A stretch of DNA of 64,000 nt from Neoconidiobolus thromboides FSU 785. Taxonomy: Eukaryota; Fungi; Entomophthoromycota. The notes under the pieces are model-generated. The model searched no databases. It saw only the letters and a list, made by a program, of their open reading frames with translations, and had not been told where the DNA came from. The stretch covers positions 1 through 64,000 of the forward strand of contig MU626375.1 of assembly GCA_025603075.1 (NCBI GenBank), in the 5' to 3' direction. Every line of letters starts with the position of its first letter. The stretch's first letter is position 1. Shown here piece after piece: positions 11,867-23,266 of the stretch. A program made the translations under genes and the position numbers.

Positions 11867-13313
11867 ACAATGGTTCTTAAATTTTATTTTGGTAACAAAT
11901 CAAAAGTAAGAGACTTTTTATATTTGGTATAAATTGAAGTGCTGATTGTTTATTAGTAATAGGGTTTTCATATAAGTTTATTGGTTAGTAGTTATGATAT
12001 TTATAACTCAAGTATAAATACAATGGTATATTCTAAACAAAACGGATTACATTTTTGGTAGGATATACTCGAGTTAACTTCTTATTTAACAAAGTTAATA
12101 GTCTCTACTTTTTATAGCTTGGCTTTCATTTTAGATGCTCTTATAAAATTTGATAATTTGTTTATTCAAGATCAATAAATTAGTATAAAGAAATAAAAGT
12201 TATTTTTATTTTATTTCATTTTGATAAATAGAATTTTCTTATATGTTCAGTTGTATTAAATTAATATATTTATAAAATATCACTATTGATTATTTCTAGA
12301 TTTAGATACAAGGGGTAACTATATTCAAAATGGAAACGTCCTATTATATCTTAAGTAAAAAATTAAATAAAAAATTATTGTCTATACAATACTACTCTAA
12401 GTTATAAATATGAATACAAACATATAATTTTATATTTGTTTAAACATTTTATAGATATAAATATTTTAATACTGTTACTACTCTGAGGCATTTTAAAATA
12501 TTACAAAAACAACATTTATAAATAAACTGATTGTTCAAACTCCAAAATCGATTTTAAATCAGCGAAAATGCTATGTTAATAATGATATTATATTAGCAAT
12601 AGTATTTATAACCATAATTGACAAATATACTACTACTATTTACCTGTTAATTTATTATAATAAACTACTAAAGCCATCTTTAGCTTTTAGTTAATATTAT
12701 ATAAATCAAATGTTATAAAATCAACCTTTTTATTTTATTATATAAACTAAGTCAAACCGTAATTACTATCATATAATCTGTGAGAATTCTTAACAAAAAT
12801 TATTGTAGGATCGAAAGCCTAGCGTTAATCTTAGAATTTAATTAATACAATCAGTCCATAAAAAGCAACTGGATATTATTAAACCTGAATAATAAATGAA
12901 ACCTGGATCAAATAACTAAAGTGATAGAAATAATTGACTTATCACGTTCACCGAGGTTGGCAGATGTAACATAAATACAAATATATTATGATTTCAGTTT
13001 CATCTTTGATTATTACTTTAAATAGCAGTAACAACAATCACTGTCATTTCTCAATAAAAATAAACCGGTCTATTTTTTTAGTTCTCACTTTAGCTTCCTA
13101 ATTTGGCAAAAATGGCAAGTATCAATAAGTAGAACTTCAATTATGAAGTAGCCACAATGACAAGAGGTATCCTTTACAATGGAATATTAGCAGAATCAAT
13201 AAGCTGCAGGTAAATGAAATCGAGGTCTTAAATTAGTATAAATAGTAGTTGCATTACTGTTTCATTAAAATATTAAATTCGTTTTTATACATCCTGTGTT
13301 AAGTTAAAATAGG

Positions 13314-14744
13314 ATGAGTATTACAACAAATTCTACTACTACAAAGCATAGTGACAATGCCGTAATTACCAATGAAACATTGAGTATAAAAAAATTAGTC
13401 CGAAAAGTAGATTTAAGATTAATCCCCTTCCTTACCATATTATATATATTCTCTTTCCTTGATAGAGTGAACATAGGGCATGCACGCTTGTATCAGCTAG
13501 AAAAAGATTTGAACTTGGGTCCAAATGAATTTAGTTGGACCTTATCGATCTTTTTTATAGGTTATGTAGTATTTGAAGTACCATCGAACCTGATGATGAA
13601 ACGTACTTCACCTGCTATATGGATATCTAGGATTATGATAACCTGGGGCATAATTACAATGTCAATGGCAGCCTCTTATAATTTTGCTGGCTTAATGGCT
13701 TCCCGTTTTTTCTTGGGTTTAGCTGAAGCTGGTTTGTTTCCAGGTATTGTGTTTTATCTATCAAGTTGGTACACCCGTAAAGAACAAGGAGTACGTATTG
13801 CTTCTTTCTTTTCAGCTTCAACTTTCGCTGGCGCATTTGCTGGCTTGATTGCTTATGGGATTGCTTACATGAATGGCGTTGGTGGTCTAAAATCTTGGCA
13901 GTGGATTTTTATTATTGAAGGCTTTCCAACGGTTATTCTTGGTGTAATCACTTTATTTGTTTTACCATCATCACCACAAGATGCCAAATGGCTTAATGAG
14001 GAAGAAAAGATTATATTAAGTGAACGCTTGAAAGAAGATCACGTAGAGTTGGAGTCTAAAAAGTTTGACAAAAAACAATTTATGGAAGCTATCACTGATT
14101 ATAAAACTTATCTCTTCATGTTATGCTTCTTTGGTTTTTATGCTCCAGTTTACTCTTTAGCCTTACTAACCCCAACTATCTTAAGTACTATGGGCTTTTC
14201 TATTTTAAACACTTTCTTACTTACTATCCCTCCAAATCTTGTTTGCTGTGTTGTAGCTACCGTAGCAGGTTGGAATTCTGATAGAACCATGGAGCGCGGG
14301 TATCACGTAATTTTTGGGGCAATCATAGGAGTAGCTGGTTTTTTTGTTTTAATTTTTGCTGAAATATTAGCTGTTAAATATTTCGGGCTTATTTTAGCCT
14401 CTTCTGGTCTTGTTAGTTGTTTACCTCCTTTATTATCTTGGTCAAACAATAATACGATTGGTTCTACAAAGTTAGCTACTGTTTCTGCTATGATTATCTC
14501 ATTCGGAAACATTGGTGGTGCTATCTCTGGTCAATTCTATCGCGCTTATGAAGCTCCATATTATATACCTTCCCATGCTACTAACATTGCTTTTGCTTGT
14601 ATGACTATTATTACAGCAGGGATATTGAAATGGAGATATACGGTTGAAAATCAAAAGTTGGAAGCAAAAGAAATTGTTATGTCAGAAAAAGAGGAGCCTT
14701 TTGATAATAAGATATTGTCTCAAGGATTTAGATATATTCTTTAA
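13314..14744 (+). CDS. MFS transporter, anion:cation symporter / allantoate-permease (DAL5/TNA1-like) family
   Basis: KLVRKVDLRLIP, SFLDRVNIGHA, FEVPSNL, RFFLGLAEAGLFPG, WYTRKEQGVR, WQWIFIIEG motifs. Confidence 0.9.
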   Translation: MSITTNSTTTKHSDNAVITNETLSIKKLVRKVDLRLIPFLTILYIFSFLDRVNIGHARLYQLEKDLNLGPNEFSWTLSIFFIGYVVFEVPSNLMMKRTSPAIWISRIMITWGIITMSMAASYNFAGLMASRFFLGLAEAGLFPGIVFYLSSWYTRKEQGVRIASFFSASTFAGAFAGLIAYGIAYMNGVGGLKSWQWIFIIEGFPTVILGVITLFVLPSSPQDAKWLNEEEKIILSERLKEDHVELESKKFDKKQFMEAITDYKTYLFMLCFFGFYAPVYSLALLTPTILSTMGFSILNTFLLTIPPNLVCCVVATVAGWNSDRTMERGYHVIFGAIIGVAGFFVLIFAEILAVKYFGLILASSGLVSCLPPLLSWSNNNTIGSTKLATVSAMIISFGNIGGAISGQFYRAYEAPYYIPSHATNIAFACMTIITAGILKWRYTVENQKLEAKEIVMSEKEEPFDNKILSQGFRYIL

Positions 14745-15967
14745 TTGTTATTTAGATAAAGTTAATAAATGCTATGATAAATATTTTACTTTGATGATTG
14801 CTTTGAAAAAATACTGTGTATAGTTTATTAAACTCAAGGCAAAACTAACTTAGACTATATTAATAAAAAAAAACTACAATTAAAACAAACAGACACAAGG
14901 TTCGCAATTTTTGAGATTTACAACTCTTTTGTTATAAAAGCAGTAAAATATCAACTATATAGCATTTTTATATTTTTTATATATTAGAATTTTCTACTGT
15001 TTTTATTCTTTTAATGATTATTTAAGCTAATTTATTTAAAACAGAGTATAATGATATTTTATCTTTTTAAAGATTATGAAGGAGCTTCAAAATTTTTAAG
15101 TGTTTTATTGCTAGCGGTAAGCTACGTTGGCCTTAATTTGAATGAAGAAGAGACTAATTAAGGAGTAAAAGGGGCAAGGTAAGGACAGAATTAAGGAAAA
15201 GGAGGAACTTTAAATAGTTCTAATTTATGGCTTTTGATTTTAGTAGCTTTTACTATATTCCTAATAATCCATGCTTTTACAATTCAATCCGAGTGTGAAA
15301 AATTGTAGTGGAAACAAAAGCTTAGGTGTTAGGTTATAGATGGTTTTTTGAAGGTACTACAGATTGTCTAAAAACCTATAGTCATGATGAAAGCTTAAGA
15401 TAATAGAGAAAACAATGGAAAGGTGAGAGGGAATTGATCTAGATCTTTGGAAGGAACTGAAAACTTCACTTTGGATTGGTGCGGATAGAATAAAATTTTG
15501 AATCAAAAGTCCTGTATAGGAATACAAGAAATAAATCAGTAGCCAATTTTCCCCCCCTTAAAAGAAGCGATACTCTTTCTGAGAATCAGGGACAGTGTGA
15601 GTTAAGTAGGCTTAAGTTTTGAAGGTTTTTGACTTCAATCTCCAAAAATAGGAGACTGTTTGGGGTTAAGATATTTAATAATACTAATGAACAAAAGCTC
15701 CAAGTCAGAAAGGTTTTTGAAGGGAGAATATGTGAGCAGAAAATTTCAACAAATATTACTGGGAGCTTTTCAACAAGTTATTTAAATTAGAAATAGTAAA
15801 TGAACCTTTAATAATGAGGCGTTAACTTATGGGGAGGGCACTGAATAAAGGCATATATTTCGTCTAATTTGATATGATAGCATATATATATTTAATTACA
15901 AACGCTTGGGTATAGGTACGATCATATAGTTAATATTGAATCATATAGTAGCAAAAATAAATGTTAT

Positions 15968-16068
15968 ATATGGGGATGTACCTTTCGTTTAAGAATTTAC
16001 TCAGTCTTTTTACTCAAATAGCGTTTAAAAAAATGGAAAAAGTGATGAAATCAAAAAAATTCTCATAT
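15968..16068 (+). mobile_element. MITE copy 4
   Basis: atatggggatgtacc...aatagcgtttaaaaaaatggaaaaagtgatgaaatcaaaaaaattctcatat. Confidence 0.88.
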
Positions 16069-16558
16069 AGACAGGTTTAAAAACTTGATTAAAATTAAAG
16101 CACAATTAAAAAATAATAATGAATAATAAATTTTATAAAAAAAGATATAAAGTGAAAGCAGCAAATAATAAAATTTATGATGTTATTTAATAGTTATGCC
16201 GTAGAAAAGTCTAGGTTAGTGTTGGAGGTAAACAAATGTTTTGTTTTAAAACAAAAAGAGTTTACTTTATATCCTTACATGGACAACGCTAATATTCTAG
16301 ATATAAAGTTTTAGCACATGTTATGTATATTTCAGTTTAATAAACCCATCTTCAAAAGAGTTAGAGTTCATCAGTTACTAGATACCAGAACAATTGTTTC
16401 CCATCATAGTTTATTTTAATAAGAATTTGAATAGTAGTAATTAATTAGACATAACCACAGTAAATTTAAGATGAATAAAGTAATATGATAAAGACGTTTC
16501 ATTTCATAAAGAATGTAAAAAGAGAAATAAAACAATAGTAAAATAGTATTTTTTTAAA

Positions 16559-17080
16559 ATGAAATTATCAAGTATTACTGCTGTCGCCTTAGTTTGTTTG
16601 GTGTAAATCACTGTCAAAGTAATTATTGAAATGAAATCGTAAAGGAATTAAATAGAAAGAGATAAAATTGGCTTATATCCAATTAAAGTTAGTATAAAGT
16701 TAGCCAAATTAGGTGAGGTACATGTTAATGATTTATTAAAATATGAAAAATTCAACCTAGAACTATATGGCTGACCTTCTGTTTTTCCATGCAAGGTAGG
16801 TCAGGGCTTTAAATGTATGTATGATAAACTTCGTCAACTCACTGTGAATCCTAACAATGGGTTCGAGGTTTCTTTCTTAAGAGTAATAAAGCCTAAGAAT
16901 TTGATATGTGGTTGGTTAACTTCAAAGCCACACAATGAAGTGCTTTTGAATCAAGGACCGTGAAAGAATATGAAATGAAAGGGGTTTGGTGCAGATAAGC
17001 AAGTAAATATGTTGTTATGTGGTTTGGTGAAAACCCAGATGATAGCTAAGGAATCTTTTAATTGCTATTTGTTTTATTAG
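16559..17080 (+). pseudogene. Possible degraded secreted-protein gene
   Basis: One frame from MKLSSITAVALVCLV (signal-peptide-like) for 174 codons with 6 internal stops; GC above flanks; no family recognised. Confidence 0.35.
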
Positions 17081-17849
17081 TTTAATAACTGATACTTTTG
17101 AAACAAACTTTTCTCATAGACTTTTTAAATATATCTATTAATTTAATATACTAATATTATGTATTTTATTAAGAAGCTATTATCTCATAATCCTTTTATG
17201 ACAATTAGTTAATGGGTACTAATTTAAGTGTATCGGTTTTGGTATATTTTTTGAATGATTTTTTTGGTTATAAAAATGCGTTTTGTGATTGTAACTGAAT
17301 GACTAGATAAAAAAAGGCAGAAAATCTTTATAGTACTCTTTGCTGCTATAATTCTTTATTTCTTTCAAATTACTAATATAAAAACCGCCAGAATTTGAAA
17401 TGCCACATGCCTCAATCTATCTTACTTCTAACGTCAGAGTCTCAGTTACTCACCATTAAATAAAATATAGTAGTAGTATTTCGAGGTGTCTCTTTATTTG
17501 ATAATAATCATATTCAAATTTGTTGCCTTCTACAGTAGCAATGGCAGGTTAAAAAGTGCACCGAAATCAGTACAGTCAGATTTTTGAAAGCCCACCCAAA
17601 CAAACCACTTTTTCAAGAAGTCAAAACAGCCAATTGCTCTTAAATTGATTAAGGGGGATGGTGAGATGTTGTGTTATACACTGGTTTTGAAAAAATCGAA
17701 CCAATAGTTTATGAGCTATGGTAATATTCTACTGTACCGATTTTAGTATAGTTGGAGCATACAGTATCAATTAAAAATAAAAATAAAAATAGGAGCATTC
17801 TTTAATGATAAATAGTAATAGCAGGTTATATTAAATAATAGCGACACAT

Positions 17850-18545
17850 TATTCAACTACAACATATGATATAGAATATGATAAAAACAGCTATTGGAAA
17901 CAATTGGCCCCCTAAATTAGTGAACAGCTTAAATGATGTTATGGTGTAGCTATAGATGTAAGTTTATTTTTGGATTATTGGGCTATAAATCCAAGAAGTT
18001 AGGTCAAATATCCTATTAATTGACATCGGTGCAGTCTATTATTTCCTTTAAATTCATAGATAATGTATCTGTCTTTGTTTTAGTCTTTTTTACTTATTTG
18101 TCTTTTTCTATCTTTATTCCTACAATTATTTGTAAACTAGATTACTTATCCGATATAATCCTATTTTCTATAGCTAGTTGTTTCTTATTCTCTTCAGGCT
18201 ATATGACCACAGATGTTGTTATCAGTTGCTTATTTAAACTAATAAATAGAAGTGAAAATCTGTTTTCTTATCTCATAGTATTTCTACTATTAATCATTGT
18301 TTCATTTACAACAACTTGCTTAATGTTTATTCAAATTAGTCCTAATCCTATTCAAATCAGAATGTTTACCATTTTGGTTAACCACTATTACAAACTAAGA
18401 TATGGGGATGTATTTATATTTAAGAATTTTCTAACAAATTTTCCGCTCAAATAGCGCTTAAAAGAAAAAGTAATGAGGCCAAAAAAAACAACCCCATATA
18501 TTATATGTTAAAGGTTGACACATGTTAGCTTTTATAATAGACAAT
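17850..18545 (+). pseudogene. Pseudogene paralog of the membrane protein at 19375-20236, with a MITE inserted in its 3' end
   Basis: LAP*ISEQLK*CY, GLLGYKSKKLGQISY* and FIQISPNPIQIRMFT align to LTPLISKQLKWYY, GFLGYKYRRLGRVSYS and FIQIGPNPIQIKMFT; stops, one frameshift, MITE at 18400. Confidence 0.8.
18400..18499 (+). mobile_element. MITE copy 5 (inside a coding relic)
   Basis: atatggggatgtatttat...ttccgctcaaatagcgcttaaaag...aaaaaaaacaaccccatat. Confidence 0.92.
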
Positions 18546-19374
18546 AAAATACTTTTTATTTTTTTAATAAAAATTAATAAAAATTGTGGCTTTAATTTCC
18601 AAAAAAAACTTAAATAGCCTAATATTCTATTTGATTAGATAAACAAATGTTTAAAGTATTTACACATTATCTATTATAATTGGAAGTTGGTAACCTTTGA
18701 TTTCTAGAACACAAAATTGAACTCGCTAAATTGAACAATAAATACTACAAAACTCTTGAATTTTCTAAAAAAAATTTGAGCTGTATAAAATTAGAATTTT
18801 AATTGGAGAGATTCAAATACTTTATTATAATATATAAATAAAAAAAAAAAATCAACTTATCGATGTGATTTATTTCTATATCGGAGCTTTATATTTATTA
18901 CCTTTTCTAAGCTTATTAATTTTTATATATCTTAATAAAATTTTAGAAACATTGTAAATAATTTTAAAATGTATTATCAAATTCCTTCGTATCAAAAGTA
19001 GCATTGAAATCTCTGCGAACAAAAGATGTTGAGAGCTTCTACTTAAATGGCCAGTTGTCTATCTTCTTCTTTTACAATTTTAACTATTTAGTAAACCACA
19101 TGAGGGTTTTGTCCCTTTCAAGAATTTTAAAAAAAGTAGAATTAAATTATTCAAATATTCTATATTTACCCTCTTAATATGATATATTACAATGCTATTT
19201 CGAAAGTGTAGGAGCAATAATTAAAAAACAACACCCAATTTGACTATTAAAAAATTTAAACAAAATTAATAAATTATCCAATAGTAAATGATGACAACAA
19301 AGTAGATTAAATAATAATACTTGGCATGCCAAACACAAAATCTAAGATAAGGTTCCAAAAAATTGTTTTTCATT

Positions 19375-20236
19375 ATGCTTACATTTTATGGATTTTTAAA
19401 CTTGGTATTACAATGTCATTTCAGGTTGTTGAAGGATTTAGCAGGTGATATTATTTAGTATTAATTTATCTATTTTAAACTATTAAATAGAAGAATACGC
19501 TATTGGACTAATATTCATAGGAATAAGTACAACACTAATAGGGCTGGTTTTTTTACTGTTAAATGAAGAAGCCATAAGATATGTCTATTTTTTAAGCGGG
19601 TTCCTATTTATAACGCCATTTTCATTAGTACTTGTAATACTGTCATTTCATTTGACTATAGAATACAGTCCAGAACTCGATAAAGGGGATTCTGTAAAGT
19701 ACCTAACTCCTTTAATTAGCAAACAGCTCAAATGGTATTATAGTATAAATGTAGGTATAAGTTTATTTCTGGGATTCTTGGGTTATAAATACAGGAGATT
19801 AGGCAGAGTATCCTATTCATTAGTATTATTGCAGCTTATTGTTTTTTATACGCTATCAAGGAATACTTCTACTTTAATTCTAGTCCTTATCATTATCTTT
19901 TTTTCCATCTCTATCCCTATTATAATTTATAAACTAAATCGCTTATCGGATATAATCATATCTTCCATTACTGGTGGGCTCTTTTTCTCGTCAGGTTATT
20001 TAGTTACATATGCTGGTATCGTAAATACCTTTAAGCCATTAAATTATGGTTATAACATGATTTCTTATTTCTTAACACTTGTAGTATTGACTATTATTCC
20101 GTTTACAACAGCTCACTTAATATTTATTCAAATTGGTCCTAATCCTATTCAAATCAAAATGTTTACTCTACTACTTACCTTTTATTATAAAATAAGGTAC
20201 AAAGTTCGGCAAAAATTGACTCGTTTTAATTTGTAA
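19375..20236 (+). CDS. Uncharacterised multi-pass membrane protein (predicted intron 19445-19490)
   Basis: ORF extends upstream in frame (EEYAIGLIFIG...). GT...TAG intron joins MLTFYGFLNLVLQCHFRLLKDLA. Several hydrophobic helices; true start uncertain. Confidence 0.65.
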
Positions 20237-21262
20237 TGAGTAATGAATTGAATTTACTAATTTTTTAAATAAAGTAACAGGCTCATTTATTTTTTAGTTT
20301 TATAGTTTGTATAATGATTAAAGGAGAAGGTTTATTCTAAAAAATCATTTGAAAGATGTATGAATCTGTTTGATTGGCTAAAAATGTGCAACATATAATT
20401 GACAATTTAGCCTACACAAAATTTACTGCTTTTAGTTTAGCATAATAAACCGAACTTAACTGTAAAGAATATGACAGTGCATATACAAAATATTGATATC
20501 CTCAAGTCACTCATAATACAATAGGTTAATAAAATAATGTAAAAATATTCTAAGTGGTTTAAAAGATCATCATAGGGCTCAGGTTGTTAAATACTATTAA
20601 AATATCATGAATGGTGAATTTATTATTATTGGAAAACTAATACTGCTAAAATATTTTCAATGAAGTGCGTTAAACACTAGTTTTCTTATTAAATATTGGA
20701 AGAGTTTATGTTCTAAAGTGGTCTAATAGCAAATTTAGAAATTAGAGAAGAGGTTTAACAAGTAAGGTTTTATTGCCCACTATAGTTTTTGGGTAGGAAT
20801 GTCTTAGTGAATTCAAACTCACTGCTCTATGGTATCTTTTATCACATGTAAGAGAGTTTTTGAGCTATAGATATGAAGGAAGCTATATAATAAAGGTGAA
20901 GAGAGACAAAGTTTATGATTTGCATTGATTTGTGTTAATGCACTGTACCAAACTTAAATTATAGTCATTTATCTGTAGAAAACATTTGAACTTTATATTT
21001 TAAATAATAGTCTGGATTTTACAAACAATGATAGCTTAGTTGTTATTTTTAGCGATATCCTGCGTTGAAATAAAAATTAATACAGTATATATAGCATAGT
21101 ATAATATAATATTTGTAGCTAAGCAGTATGTAAATATTAAAAAGTAGTATATAAAACAAAAAAATGTAGAAAGCATAGATAATAGTCAGTTTAAAAGCTG
21201 TTATAGTAAAAAGTTTAGTACAAAACATTAAATCTTTAAAAAAAAGAGGAATCAAACATAAC

Positions 21263-23015
21263 TATCTTTTTATCGTTCCACTATTATCTTTTAAAATTTC
21301 TGCTATTGTTTCAGTCATTTTTATATTAAGCTAACTAATTTTCAAGATAAATGGGGATTTGAGCGAAGACATCAAAAGTTGCTTTTCTTTTTAAAGGTAT
21401 TCCGTTGAGTATTTACTATCTCCTCGGTACCGTATTATGAAAACCAAACAGGTAGAAAAAGGTGGATAATCAAGGCCAAGTGTATATTTATGCGAAGCTA
21501 TAGCAATAATACCAGTTAATAAATAATGTTTTATTATTATAGCATTGATATAATTTTGTACACTTGTATTAATGTTTTTATCAAACATATATTCTTCATA
21601 TTTATAAGCCTTTTTTCATTCGATGCATAAAAGTGAATTGAATAAACATAAAAATTAATGTGGAGATAAAAATAAATAAAGCAATTTTGATGATTTTTGA
21701 TAGTTGCTTTCAAATCACAATTTTTCACTTTTAGTAAAATACTATTCATAATATCAGAATATTTTTCTTTAACTGCAAACGTTTTGGATATGATTTCCTT
21801 TAAAACATTACTAAATTTAGATTGATCTTCGACTCCCATTGTCTTCTCTTCAATTAAACGTAAGCTTAAAGAAATTATACTTAATATGTGATAAAATTTC
21901 TGTACTTTTAAAAAACAATATTGTTGAGCTGCTTTTTCATCTATATTTAAACTAACCCAAGCATAACTAAATTTGCTCATAAAATATCTGTTCAGTCTCT
22001 TCAGTTCTAATGGAAATAGAGGTTCAGCAAGTCATAATCCAAAATTTAATGAGATTCCATTGTAAAAAGTATTTAATTTACAATGAGTGTAAACTTGCTC
22101 AGTGTTAATCTCTTTAGAAAGCTTCTTTAGTGATTGACTTAACCTTACTATAGACGATATTATGTAACAATGAAATAAAAGAAGCCCTTTGTTGCTAGAA
22201 ATCCATGGGAAATGTAGAATTCCAGTTATTAATATAAATATTGTTTGTACATTTCCTAAATTGCGTTAAATTTTAGAAACATTCAAGATAAAATTATAAA
22301 GCTTTTCTTTAAGTTATTTAATCGAATTTTTTACAACTTCTGTTTGTTCCATACGCAAAAAAAACATTTAAAAATACTGCTAATTTAAAAGTAAAGGGTG
22401 CGAAGCAAAGGTAAACTTTGTTCCATAAAATAAAGGAAATTCTATATTAACAAATTTAAATTAATACCTACTTGTTTTAAAATAGGTCCAATATCAAGGG
22501 TGGGCTCATTTAGTGTTTTAAATACAAAGGGCAATTTTTTACGATTAGAAGTTATCAAAGCCAATTTATGTGTAAACATAATGGATAGGTTTAGGCTTTT
22601 ACTAAGAAAACATGGTGATAAGTTTTGAAAAAAGTTAAGAAGTTCTCTAATATTGACTTCCTTTGAACTTTACTAAAAATCACAAGGGCATTATGTGGGA
22701 AATTGGAATCCTTTGGTAATTTTAATAGTTGATATTTGATCATTTTAGATTGTGAGTGTTTTGATCTACTTTTTTATTCTACAAAAACAGAATCAACATT
22801 TAAGCTGACTTTAGATTTAATTGTTACTTTTCCTGATTCGTATTCGCTGTGTCCTTTTTTGTTGCATTTAAACTCTGTTTTTAAAGTATATTCTATATAT
22901 TTCTTTATGCATATCATACTTTTTGATAGTAGTCTACCACATTTAAAATGCTTTAAAAATATTAATTACATCTGTATTCTCTTTTATCCAATTTTGATAT
23001 ACTTTGTCGTTCGAT
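21263..23015 (-). pseudogene. Zn2Cys6 family pseudogene (closest to 50563 and 56917 members)
   Basis: ORF fragments 21391-21588 and 21537-21980 match the family C-terminus (HKYTLGLDY...STCLVFIIRY). Upstream IKYQLLKLPKD is retained; start appears as ATC; Zn-cluster Cys partly lost; stops and frameshifts. Confidence 0.88.
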
Positions 23016-23162
23016 AAATTCAAAAGGATTAAAACATTAATTGCAGCTCATTATATAGCACCATAAAGGATTCAAAAAACCCTTTTTTAAAATTCAACTA
23101 AAAAGTAAAGTAAGAATACAAGATCAAATTGTTATAATTTTCCTAATAAATTTGGTCAAACA

Positions 23163-23266
23163 AGTAGTGATGTTTTTTTGTTTCATTACTTTTTCCATCT
23201 TTTAAGCGCTATTTGAGTGGAAAAATTGTTAGTAAAATTCTTAAATACAAAAATACATCCCCAAAT
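23163..23266 (-). mobile_element. MITE copy 6
   Basis: agtgatgtttttttgtttcattactttttccatcttttaagcgctatttgagtgg...aatacatccccaaat. Confidence 0.9.

Noticed and set aside
17651-17870. PPT-like AAGGGGGATGGTGAGA followed by TGTTG, suggesting an LTR start
   Set aside because: No TSD or matching terminus; the downstream sequence is explained by the membrane-protein pseudogene
21049-21255. Short AT-rich track ORFs (also 22736, 34696 5' part, 59370)
   Set aside because: Low-complexity I/Y/F/L-rich translations typical of chance ORFs in AT-rich DNA, or antisense to a pseudogene
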